Assembly (NCBI GenBank): GCA_963734495.1
Contig: CAVTHK010000009.1
Span: 360,062 to 424,061, forward strand
Direction: 5' to 3'
Source of the DNA: an uncultured Spirochaetota bacterium
GTDB lineage: Bacteria; Spirochaetota; Spirochaetia; SZUA-6; CAVTHK01
Length of the DNA stretch: 64,000 bases
The notes beneath the pieces were generated by a model. That model had not been told where the DNA came from and did no database searches. It saw only the letters and a list, made by a program, of their open reading frames with translations. Shown in pieces: positions 9,454 to 17,712 of this stretch (position 1 is its first letter; every line of letters begins with the position of its first letter). Position numbers and translations under genes: made by a program.

Positions 9454-11834
9454 GCTCGGAAGCTTCCGCGGCGGCGCCCGCGCGGGCGGTGAGCGGCGCG
9501 CGCCTCTCGCGCGCCATGAGCTTCAACATCGCGGGCGGCGTGATGGCGCAGGCCTGGTTCGCCGTCTGCGGGCCCCAGCAGATCTTCAACGTCTTCTTCA
9601 AGAACCACCTGCACGCCTCCGCGTTCACGCTCGGCCTCCTGGTGGCGCTGCTGTCCTTTTCCTCCGCCTTCAGCCTCCTCGCGGTGCTCATGTTCACCAG
9701 GCCCCGCCGGCGCAAGCCCATCTGGATCGCGGCCCACCTCGCCGCCCGCTCGATCGGCTTCGTGCTGGCGGCGGCTTCGCTTCTGGAGATGCGCACCGGC
9801 GACAAGCCTCTCGCGATCCGCGTGATCCTGCTCTCGATGTCCGTGGCGTGGTCGCTCATGAACGCGGCCGGCCCCGGCTGGTGGGCCTGGATCGCCGACC
9901 TGATCCCGGAATCCAAGCGCGCGACGTTCTTCGGCCGCCGCTCGGCGATCATCTTCGCCCTGAACATGTCCTGGATCTTCCTCGTCACCGTCTTCCTCGA
10001 CGGAGCCCGGCGGCCCGCGCTCGCCTACGCGGCCGCGTTCGCGGTCTCGGGCGTGTTCGGGGTCGGAGACATCCTGCTGCACATCTGGATTCCCGACCCG
10101 GCGCGGCTCGGCCCCCGGCCCGGCGCGCCGGGAGGGCCCGCGCCCGACAGGCCCGCCCGCATGTCGCTCGCCGTCTTCTTCGAGCCGCTGCGCAGCCCGC
10201 AGTTCGTGCGCTTCTCCCTGGCGGTGGGCCTCGCGATGCTGTCGATCAACGTGCTCGCCCCGTTCATCCCGCCGTACATCACGGACCCCGCGACGGTCGG
10301 GGCGCCCTACACCTGGCTGGGCATCATGACCGTCATCTCGCAGCTCGCGTGGGTCGGCTCCGTGCGGACGTGGGGCGTCCTCATGGACCGGTTCGGCCGC
10401 AAGCCCGTGGTGGCCCTCTGCAGCCTCTTCCCCATCGCCTGGTTCGCGTACCTGGCCGTGGGCCCGCGCACGTACGTCGTGCTGCTGCCTCTGATCTCGC
10501 TCGCCGGCGGCGTGCTCGCCCCCGGCTTCTACGAGGGGGTCAACCAGCTCATGCTGAGCCTGACCCCCAACGAGAACCGCACGACGTACGTGGCGTGGTA
10601 CGTTGCGATCATCGGCGTCATAGGCGCGCTCGGCTCGCTGCTCGGAGGCGCGCTCGCGTCCAACACGGTGATGCTCGACCCGCTGCCCGGTGAGCCGTTC
10701 CACGCGGTCGTGGTGGTGGCCGAGGTGCTCACGGTCCTGAGCTTCCTCGTGCTCACCCGCATCGACGAGGGGCGGAAGACTTCGACCTTCGACATCGTCA
10801 CGCGCCTCGCGACGCCGAACGTGGTGCGCAACCTCGTGAACATGAGCATCATCGGAGGCGCCGAGGAGGCGGGGCGGGCGGCGCGGGCGCTGCGCACCGT
10901 CGAGGGGGCGGAGAGCGACGTCGCCATCGACGACATCGTCGGGCGGCTCTCGGACCCCGACCGGGAGGTGCGCGAGGAGGCGGCGCGCGCCCTCGGCCGC
11001 ATCGGCAGCGGGGAGTCTTTCGACGCCCTGGTCGCGCAGCTGCGCGACGGGGAGTCCTCGATCAGGCCGGAGGCGGCGCACGCCCTCGGCCATGTCGGCG
11101 ACCCGCGCGCGGTCACCTGGCTCCTGCAGGCGCTTCAGGATCCGTCGGTGGAGCTGCAGGAGGCGGCCGCCGAAGCGCTCGGCGACCTGGGCAGCCGCGA
11201 GTCGGCGCAGACGCTGCTCGCGATGCTCCGCGGCAACCAGGCCACGGAACGGGTCAAGGCGCAGGGCGCCGAGGCGCTGTCGCAGCTCGGCGCGGTGGAG
11301 GCCGTCTGGGAGATCGTCCCCCTGCTGCACCGCACGTCCAACGCGGTGCTCAGACGGCAGCTCGCCATCGCGCTCGCCAACCTCTTCGGCCGCACGGGAG
11401 AGTTCTACCGTTACGTGACGGGGGAATCCGCGCGCGCCGAGGCGCGCGGCGAGCGCCTCGCGGGCGAGGCCGAGCGGTCACTCCGCCGGCTGGTGCGCGA
11501 CGTCTCGCCGGACGCGAAGTCGCAGATCCTGCGGCGCTTCGCGGAAGCGCGCGAGGCCTTCGACGCGGGAGACAGCCTGCGGGCCCTCGGCTGCGTCCGC
11601 GACCTGCTGTTCGTGCTCGCGCTGTTCCGGCACGAGATCGCGCCTCCGGCGGGCGAGGGTGCTGCCGCCTGGGCGGTCGGGCGCGATCAGCGCCTGGCCG
11701 TCGCGCTCTGGGTGCTCGGCGAGGCGCTCGCGGCGCAGGGCAGCGCCGTGCAGAAGATCGACGCGCTGCTCGCGTTCTACCTGCTGAGGTACCTCCCGGG
11801 GCCGGCCCGCGCTCAGAGCCGGCCGCAGGCGTGA
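9450..11834 (+). CDS. MFS transporter fused to a C-terminal HEAT-repeat domain
   Basis: About 12 hydrophobic segments with MFS motif GVLMDRFGRKP, then repeats LSDPDREVREEAARALGRIG / LQDPSVELQEAAAEALGDLG. Confidence 0.85.
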   Translation: MSSEASAAAPARAVSGARLSRAMSFNIAGGVMAQAWFAVCGPQQIFNVFFKNHLHASAFTLGLLVALLSFSSAFSLLAVLMFTRPRRRKPIWIAAHLAARSIGFVLAAASLLEMRTGDKPLAIRVILLSMSVAWSLMNAAGPGWWAWIADLIPESKRATFFGRRSAIIFALNMSWIFLVTVFLDGARRPALAYAAAFAVSGVFGVGDILLHIWIPDPARLGPRPGAPGGPAPDRPARMSLAVFFEPLRSPQFVRFSLAVGLAMLSINVLAPFIPPYITDPATVGAPYTWLGIMTVISQLAWVGSVRTWGVLMDRFGRKPVVALCSLFPIAWFAYLAVGPRTYVVLLPLISLAGGVLAPGFYEGVNQLMLSLTPNENRTTYVAWYVAIIGVIGALGSLLGGALASNTVMLDPLPGEPFHAVVVVAEVLTVLSFLVLTRIDEGRKTSTFDIVTRLATPNVVRNLVNMSIIGGAEEAGRAARALRTVEGAESDVAIDDIVGRLSDPDREVREEAARALGRIGSGESFDALVAQLRDGESSIRPEAAHALGHVGDPRAVTWLLQALQDPSVELQEAAAEALGDLGSRESAQTLLAMLRGNQATERVKAQGAEALSQLGAVEAVWEIVPLLHRTSNAVLRRQLAIALANLFGRTGEFYRYVTGESARAEARGERLAGEAERSLRRLVRDVSPDAKSQILRRFAEAREAFDAGDSLRALGCVRDLLFVLALFRHEIAPPAGEGAAAWAVGRDQRLAVALWVLGEALAAQGSAVQKIDALLAFYLLRYLPGPARAQSRPQA

Positions 11835-11909
11835 GCGGGCGCAGCCGCGGGCGGGCGCCGGGAGCGGGCGGGCAGCTTCGCGCGGGGCTCCGTGACGGGG
11901 GCGCAGGTC

Positions 11910-13395
11910 TCAGGTGACCAGCGTCAGGGCGGCGAGCCCGACGAACACGACGGCGAGAGCGAGCTTCACGGTCCCGATGTGCGCCTGCGCGGCCCGCGTG
12001 AGCGTCCGCGAGCTCACGCCGCGCCAGGCGAGGACGAACACGACGGCAAGCGGCAGCACGAAGGCCACGTTGTAGATCGCGAGCAGCAGGTAGGCGGCGA
12101 GCCCGCCTTCGGTGCGCACCAGCCAGGCCACTGCGGGGAAGTAGACCTGGCCCGTGCAGGCCAGCTCGAACAGCGACACCACGGCGCCGAGGACGAGCGA
12201 GCCCCCGACGATCGCGCCCGAGCGCGCGTTGTCGAGGATCGTGCGCTGCATCCTGCGCTTGATCGGCTCGGGCAGTCGCAGCGCCATCTCGGCCGCGCGG
12301 CCGCTGCGCGCGAGCGCGAAGTCGCGCAGGCTCAGGGCCGCGAGCGCGAGCAGCACGGCGACCAGTACCCACCGCAGGGCGACCGCGACTCTCGGGAACG
12401 ACGCCGCGGCGCGCAGCGAATGGAACAGGCCGAGGCCCACGGCAAAGTACGCGGCGAAGACGGCAAAGGTGAAGGCCGACCCCGCGAGCAGGATCTCCGC
12501 GCGGCGGCGGCCCGCGAGCACGAGCGAGGTGAGCAGGAAGATGATGGTCGTAAAGGCGCACGGGTTCACGCCGTCGACCAGGCCCGCGGCGAACAGCGCC
12601 GCCGGCGCGAGCCGCCGCGCGATCCCCGGCAGCCGGGGCAGGGGCGGGGGCGACGGCGCCCGCCGCCGCGCCGCCGCGCGCGGCCAGCGCCGCCTCCATC
12701 CCGCTTTCGATCTCCGCCTCGCCCGAGAGCACGCGGCCGCCGACGATTGCGGCGGGCAGGGCCGGCGGGCCGGACGAGCCCGCCGCGGCCGAGAGCTCCT
12801 CGAAGACCGCGGGCTCCAGCACGTTCCTGCGGGCGATGGCGACCGGCCCGCCGGGCCGGCCCGAGAGGCGCGCCTCGAGCCGCGCGATCATCCGCTCGCA
12901 GCTGCGGCATCCCGGGGCGTAGTAGAGGAGGACCGCGCCGCCCGCCCCGGCGTCGGAGAGGCCGGCGTTGGGCGAAGGCGGGGCGGCCGGGGCGGGCTGC
13001 GGGCTCGCAGGCGGGTTCACCATGCCCGTGACCCGGTAGAGCCAGCTCGTCCCGCCGCCCGGCGCGGGCGAGGACGGCGCCGAGCGCACCACGAAGTAGA
13101 CGTCGACCTTGCCGGGCTCTTCGGGCGTGTAGCGAAGCTCGACCGCCTCCTCGGCCCCGGCCGCGAGCTCGAAGCGCGACGGGACCGCCTCCAGGCAGCC
13201 GCAGGTGCTCACGAGCGAGACGGCGATCGTCGTGCTCTCCGGGTTGGCCGCCCTGATGATGCGCGTGACCATGCCGCCGATCTCGATCCGGCCGAGGTTC
13301 CAGTCGGCCGGCGTGAGCGTCGCCTGGGCCGCGGACGGCCGGGCCGCGAGCAGGGCGAGAGCCGCGGCTGCGATCGTTACGACGGGGGAGCGCAT
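11910..13395 (-). CDS. Secreted Ig-like + thioredoxin-like (CxxC) + CcdA/DsbD-type membrane domain fusion; frameshift near 12620
   Basis: Signal peptide, STCGC Ig-like (DUF1573-like) domain, YYAPGCRSC, then membrane domain DGVNPCAF...ELACTGQVY. Confidence 0.75.
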
Positions 13396-13401
13396 GAGGC
13401 T

Positions 13402-14013
13402 TCAGTTCAGCGAGGGCTTGAAGCCGGTCTCGGCCACGATCTTGTGGATGCCGCCCAGCTCGCCGAGCGCCTCTTTCCATCCTTCCTCGGGGTTGGGGTG
13501 GAAGATGTGCTTGGCCGCCGCGGGCCGCACCACCCAGGAGTTGCGCTCGAGCTCCGACTCGAGCTGGCCCGGCGCCCATCCCGAGTAGCCGGCGTAGAGC
13601 CGTATCGGAGGACGGGAGCGCTCCTCGAGAGCGGACCACGTGTCCACGAGGAAGCCGGTCAGCGAAGAGACCAGCGGCTCGAAGAGCACGTTCTCCACGG
13701 GCGCGGAGGCATGCGGGCTGCGCACGTCCTCGGGCAGTCCCGAGTGCAGGCAGAAGAGGAACTGCGGCTGGACCGGGCCGCCGTAGAACAGAGGCACGCT
13801 CGCGGCCGCCGTCGAGGCGAGATCGGGCACGGCTTCGCCGAGAGTCACGGGCAGCTTCCGGTTGACCACGAGCCCGAAGGCGCCGTCGGCGTTGTGATTG
13901 ATGATCAGCACCACGGTCCTGTGGAAGTTGGGGTCCGCCAGATCAGCTTCGGAGATCAGGAAGTGGCCTTCGAGCCACCTCGGGCTTTTGTCGCCCGCTT
14001 CCTTGCGAGCCAT
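13402..14013 (-). CDS. YqgE/AlgH family protein
   Basis: DPNFHRTVVLI, GAFGLVVN, GGPV, GYSGWAPGQLESEL. Confidence 0.93.
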   Translation of the reverse strand: MARKEAGDKSPRWLEGHFLISEADLADPNFHRTVVLIINHNADGAFGLVVNRKLPVTLGEAVPDLASTAAASVPLFYGGPVQPQFLFCLHSGLPEDVRSPHASAPVENVLFEPLVSSLTGFLVDTWSALEERSRPPIRLYAGYSGWAPGQLESELERNSWVVRPAAAKHIFHPNPEEGWKEALGELGGIHKIVAETGFKPSLN

Positions 14014-14198
14014 GGGTCCAGTGTATTGAGGCCGCGAACGAGGGGCAAGCGGGGCGGCCGCGAACGGGCTCGGGGTCGCGTGCCTCGGGGTTCCGTCCTC
14101 GGCGCCGCCTTTCGCCGACCGCGATCGGCTTCGCACGCCCCGCCTCGGACTCTCAGACTGCGGCCGTTCACCTGGGTGAGACCGGGCACAGCCACCAC

Positions 14199-15797
14199 TC
14201 ACAACACATCATCCTTGCCGCGGAACGCCTTTCTTGCGAAGCCCAAGAGGCGGCCGATTATCCCCTTCTTCCGATACAGAGCCGCGTAGTACGCCAGCCT
14301 GTTGGCTTCCTCCGCTCTACGGCCGGCCTCGATCTGTTGCGGTGACCATTTGAGCGACCACACGACCGCTCCTCGACGAATGAGGTAGTGTGACTTGCAC
14401 GCCAGCTGCCAGTTGCCTATGGACGGCCGCACTGTAGGCCCCTCAACCGTTTCCTCAATAGACCATTCTGTCGGCCCCATAGGCGTCTTGACCTTGCATC
14501 CGCATCCGCAGGGACAAAGATGCATGGCGATGTCGAACTCCTCGGCGACGTACAGTACCCTGGGTTCGAGCACCGCCGGCATGTATTGGACGCGCTGCAA
14601 ACGGAATCTGATCGGATCTTGAGGGGAGCCGACGGTCCTCATGTCGCCGATGTCGAACAGGACGTTGAAATACGGGACCTCCTCCAGGTAGAACCCGCGT
14701 GCCTGCTTGAACCTCATCACCGCTAGGCAAGCGTTGAGCGCGTTGAGCTCGCTGATTTGAATATTGCTTCGATATAGGTCGTCTGGGCTGTCGGAGAGCT
14801 CCGCGAGTTTCATGTCTCTCACGTTTCGACCGTCCGGCGATGAATAGTATGTGGTCCGCAACATACCAGCGAGAGCCGCGCCCTGGCGCCTCAGACCCAT
14901 TCCGACGTCTACAAAGGGTATTCCCTGCGAAAGCAGCAAGTCGAACACGGCGGCCCTCGAGGAGCCCTTGTCCACGCACACGAACGCGAACGTTACACCT
15001 GCGACATCCTCAGCGGAGGAGGCATCGATCAACCGCGGCACAGCAATCAACCCGTTTCGGAAGTTGTCGTAGCGACGTCGGTAGACCTCCGCCTTCGGTT
15101 TGCCAAGTTCCCTTGCATCAAGCCTTCCGGGCGAGCGAAAGGCGTTGTGAACGTGATAGGCATCCAGATCGAATACGCGTATTTCTCGCACCGGCGTCTT
15201 CACGAGGAAGTCCAGAACATAAGAGCCCGTACCGCCGAGTCCGATCACTGCGATCACGTCGTCTTTGAAGAGCGCCGACAGATCCGATATTCCTGCTCTG
15301 CTGGTGAGAGTGTCCTGGAACTTGAACACGGAATCCGCTGCATGGTCGCCGAACGCTCGGTACGTGTAGGGAGTCGCGGCATACCGTTCCATCGCTGGGC
15401 CACAGATGATTGCGACGTAGCTTTCTATCTTCTCAAAGAAGTCCGCGAACTTCCCTTCGGTCCTCGGCTTGTTGGAGAACGATCTCTGGACCACAACGTC
15501 GGCGCTTGCGCCGCTCATGGGAAGTTGAGTGGCACCGCCCCCGAGGTTCGGGATGGGCTTGCCGTCGAGGCCGAAGGGAACCGATCCCGCGAAGTAAACT
15601 TGATGGTCGTCCTGGGCAACGTGCACTTGGTCTACGAAAACGAGTTTCGCGACAAGCGCCCCGGTCTGCAGCTCGCCCTTTTCGTTCAGGTACGGGATGT
15701 CACGAACGACAAGGTATCCGGCGTCGATCGACACCGCATACCCCTTCTCCACCATGCGCCTAATGTCATCGTTATGACTGACCAGTCGCTGAAACAC
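14199..15797 (-). CDS. ThiF/E1-like adenylyltransferase fused to an N-terminal DUF6791-like (E2-like) domain and a C-terminal DUF6527-like domain
   Basis: GTG start at 15797 (MFQRLVSHNDDIRR); LVVRDIPY, DHQVYFAG, FSNKP; E1 motifs VIGLGGTGS, DLD...HNAFRSPG, FVCVD, DVGMG; C-domain HLCPCGCG...PSIGNW..CKSHY. Confidence 0.85.
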   Translation of the reverse strand: MFQRLVSHNDDIRRMVEKGYAVSIDAGYLVVRDIPYLNEKGELQTGALVAKLVFVDQVHVAQDDHQVYFAGSVPFGLDGKPIPNLGGGATQLPMSGASADVVVQRSFSNKPRTEGKFADFFEKIESYVAIICGPAMERYAATPYTYRAFGDHAADSVFKFQDTLTSRAGISDLSALFKDDVIAVIGLGGTGSYVLDFLVKTPVREIRVFDLDAYHVHNAFRSPGRLDARELGKPKAEVYRRRYDNFRNGLIAVPRLIDASSAEDVAGVTFAFVCVDKGSSRAAVFDLLLSQGIPFVDVGMGLRRQGAALAGMLRTTYYSSPDGRNVRDMKLAELSDSPDDLYRSNIQISELNALNACLAVMRFKQARGFYLEEVPYFNVLFDIGDMRTVGSPQDPIRFRLQRVQYMPAVLEPRVLYVAEEFDIAMHLCPCGCGCKVKTPMGPTEWSIEETVEGPTVRPSIGNWQLACKSHYLIRRGAVVWSLKWSPQQIEAGRRAEEANRLAYYAALYRKKGIIGRLLGFARKAFRGKDDVL

Positions 15798-16029
15798 TGA
15801 ACACCATTCCATCCTTGACCCTGACCGATCCATCCGGAGGGAGGATCCCTTCAGGCCTGTGCCCATGGCCCTTTTTGTACTTCACTGAGTAGGTGATCTC
15901 GGGGTGTTGCGCGTAGTCTGGCACGTCAAGGGTCAGTACCTCGGCGTAGGTGATTTCGCCCTTCGTCCACTCGTGCGGAGTCCCATTGACGATGATCGTT
16001 ATTGCTTTGATCACATGAACCATTTGCAT
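15772..16029 (-). CDS. Ubiquitin-like (multi-ubiquitin family) protein, single domain
   Basis: ITIIVNG...ITYAEVL...YSVKY...EGIL..DGSVRVKDGMVFSVSATGQS is typical of this beta-grasp family; strong purine-rich RBS; overlaps the E1 gene start. Confidence 0.85.
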   Translation of the reverse strand: MQMVHVIKAITIIVNGTPHEWTKGEITYAEVLTLDVPDYAQHPEITYSVKYKKGHGHRPEGILPPDGSVRVKDGMVFSVSATGQS

Positions 16030-16048
16030 TCCCCCTTCTCTCGTAGCG

Positions 16049-16291
16049 CTACCGCTTGTCTCGCGGCGGAAACGGGTCGTTGCCTGGGGCTACGGTGTTC
16101 TTGTCCCTGAACCGACCGTCACGCCCCTGGATGGTGAGCTCGCCTCCGCCGGCGGTCTTCAGATTCTCGCGAGCGGCTCGAATAGCCGCACCCTGCGTCG
16201 GGTAGATGCGCTCGGCCCTCTCCGCGCCCACGCGTGCGTTCGCCCATCCCGTTCCCGACTTGTACACCAGTCGATCCTGCGGTTTGCTCAT
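16049..16291 (-). CDS. DUF2188-like small protein
   Basis: W...GAERA...TQ.AAI.AAR...GGGELTIQGRDGRFRDKNT...GNDPFPPR; GGAGG RBS. Confidence 0.85.
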   Translation of the reverse strand: MSKPQDRLVYKSGTGWANARVGAERAERIYPTQGAAIRAARENLKTAGGGELTIQGRDGRFRDKNTVAPGNDPFPPRDKR

Positions 16292-16338
16292 CCCGCCTCC
16301 TTTCAGGCCGTTGCCTGCGGAATCTCCAGCATGGGACC

Positions 16339-16367
16339 AATATATAGCTGTTAGGTAATAGAGTCAA
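16339..16367 (-). promoter_or_regulatory. Sigma70-type promoter for the DUF2188-Ubl-E1 operon
   Basis: Minus strand TTGACT-17 nt-TATATT. Confidence 0.7.
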
Positions 16368-16386
16368 GAAACAAATCGTTTACTAT

Positions 16387-16428
16387 TTGTATTTCTCTAT
16401 TGCACAATACAAGCTGGTGTAGTACGTT
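16387..16428 (+). promoter_or_regulatory. Divergent promoter for Xre-ImmA with an overlapping inverted repeat (candidate operator)
   Basis: TTGCAC(16400-05)-17 nt-TACGTT; inverted repeat TTGTATT(16387-93)-N12-AATACAA(16406-12). Confidence 0.55.
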
Positions 16429-16471
16429 ATATCCATAGAGCGCAAGAATCATTCAGGGAGGGAGAGCACCA

Positions 16472-17604
16472 ATGGCCGCAACCGACATTGGCAATAACAC
16501 TCGGCGCCATATGAAGATACGTGGCTTTACTGTCCCTGCGTTGGCGAAGAAGTCTGGCATCGGCACCGCGACTCTGTCGAACATCCTGAACGGCAAATCG
16601 GAACCCAAGTCCTCTACCCTCATCGGTATAGCAGCGGCACTTAGTGTGCCCGTCGTGGAGCTGGTCGCCGACTCGCCTGTCCTCAAGTCACTTCGCTTCA
16701 GAACTGCGAAGACTCTGAGCGGTAGGGAGAAAGCGGAACGAGAACAACTCAAGCATGACACCGCGCTATGGTTGGCCAACTACAGCTTCCTGAGAGGCAA
16801 TTGGGCGTGTATCAGGAATTCCGCCTCGGTGAAATCGGCGGAAAGGACCCAGAGCAGGCGGCAATCTCCGTCAGGCAAGCGCTGGACGTTCGGTCACCGG
16901 CAATTGCTGATCTCCCGCAACTAATGGAACAAGCCGGCATCAAACTGAGAATCCGGAGGTTTGGCTTCAGGAAGACCTTCGGCATATCGGTGGGCGAGAA
17001 CGATGGCGGACCCGCAATCGTGGTGAACTCGGAGCAAGGGATTCCGGTCGAACGGCAGCTGTTCAGCGTCGCGCATGAGCTCGGCCACCTTGTTCTTCAC
17101 AAGAGCTCTTACGACCAGAGCAAGGTCGATGAGAACGATGAAGAAGAGCGTGCAGCGAACCTCTTTGCGGGCCAGTTCTTGATACCCGACGAAGGCCTAG
17201 ACAAATCGTGGGAGGATTCCAGAGGACTCCACTGGGTGGACAGCGTCCTGGTCATAAAGAAGCATTTCAAAGTGAGCTACATGACCGTGCTCGTACGGCT
17301 CGCCCAGCGCTTGGCGAGGCCGGACCTTGACCTGGGAACCCTGATCGCTCGATTCAGAATGGAATATGCGGATCGCCACGGCCATCAGCTGAAGGGCCAC
17401 TACGAACCGGATCCCATTACCGGTCCAGTCGCGGATGATGATCCCAGACACCTCGACGAGACCGATTTCGTAGAGGACCGGTTTGCCAGGCTCGTGCGGC
17501 AGGCGTTCGAGAAGGAGATCATTTCAATTGGACGAGCCGGCGAAATGCTGGGACACTCACTCGAAGAGATGCGCGCCTTGGCAAGGGCTTGGCAGGAGGT
17601 ATAG
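16472..17604 (+). CDS. Xre-family HTH fused to an ImmA/IrrE Zn metallopeptidase; frameshift near 16792
   Basis: HTH LAKKSGIGTATLSNILNGKSEP; LRFRT linker; RQLFSVAHELGHLVLH (HEXXH); EERAANLFAGQFLIP; ISIGRAGEML tail. Confidence 0.9.
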
Positions 17605-17609
17605 CTGCT

Positions 17610-17712
17610 TTGTCTGCCATCGCGCGAAAGGCGGCGATATGCGACGCAAATGTGCTCATCGATTTCGTCAAGGCGGACGAAGGTATCTTGGCGATGCTCG
17701 CCGGCTATTCCG
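17610..17712 (+). CDS. PIN-like domain protein, N-terminal fragment truncated at the segment junction
   Basis: GGAGGT RBS, TTG start, AICDANVLIDF matches the PIN first-strand D-x-N motif; PIN genes commonly follow Xre-ImmA genes. Confidence 0.65.

Noticed and set aside
222-13639. Many long alternative-frame ORFs (e.g. 222-2483 +, 4859-7522 -, 9417-11330 -, 12154-14289 +)
   Set aside because: Shadow ORFs of GC-rich genes: Arg/Ala/Pro-rich, no motifs, and overlapping well-supported genes
14199-15797. Housekeeping ThiF/MoeB for thiamine or molybdopterin synthesis
   Set aside because: No Zn-binding CxxC pairs, extra fused domains, partner Ubl is not ThiS/MoaD-like (no GG), and no cofactor genes nearby
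16472-17604. Separate HTH and peptidase genes (CapH + CapP style)
   Set aside because: One added base near 16792 gives a continuous, typical Xre-ImmA fusion, and the second ORF lacks a convincing start
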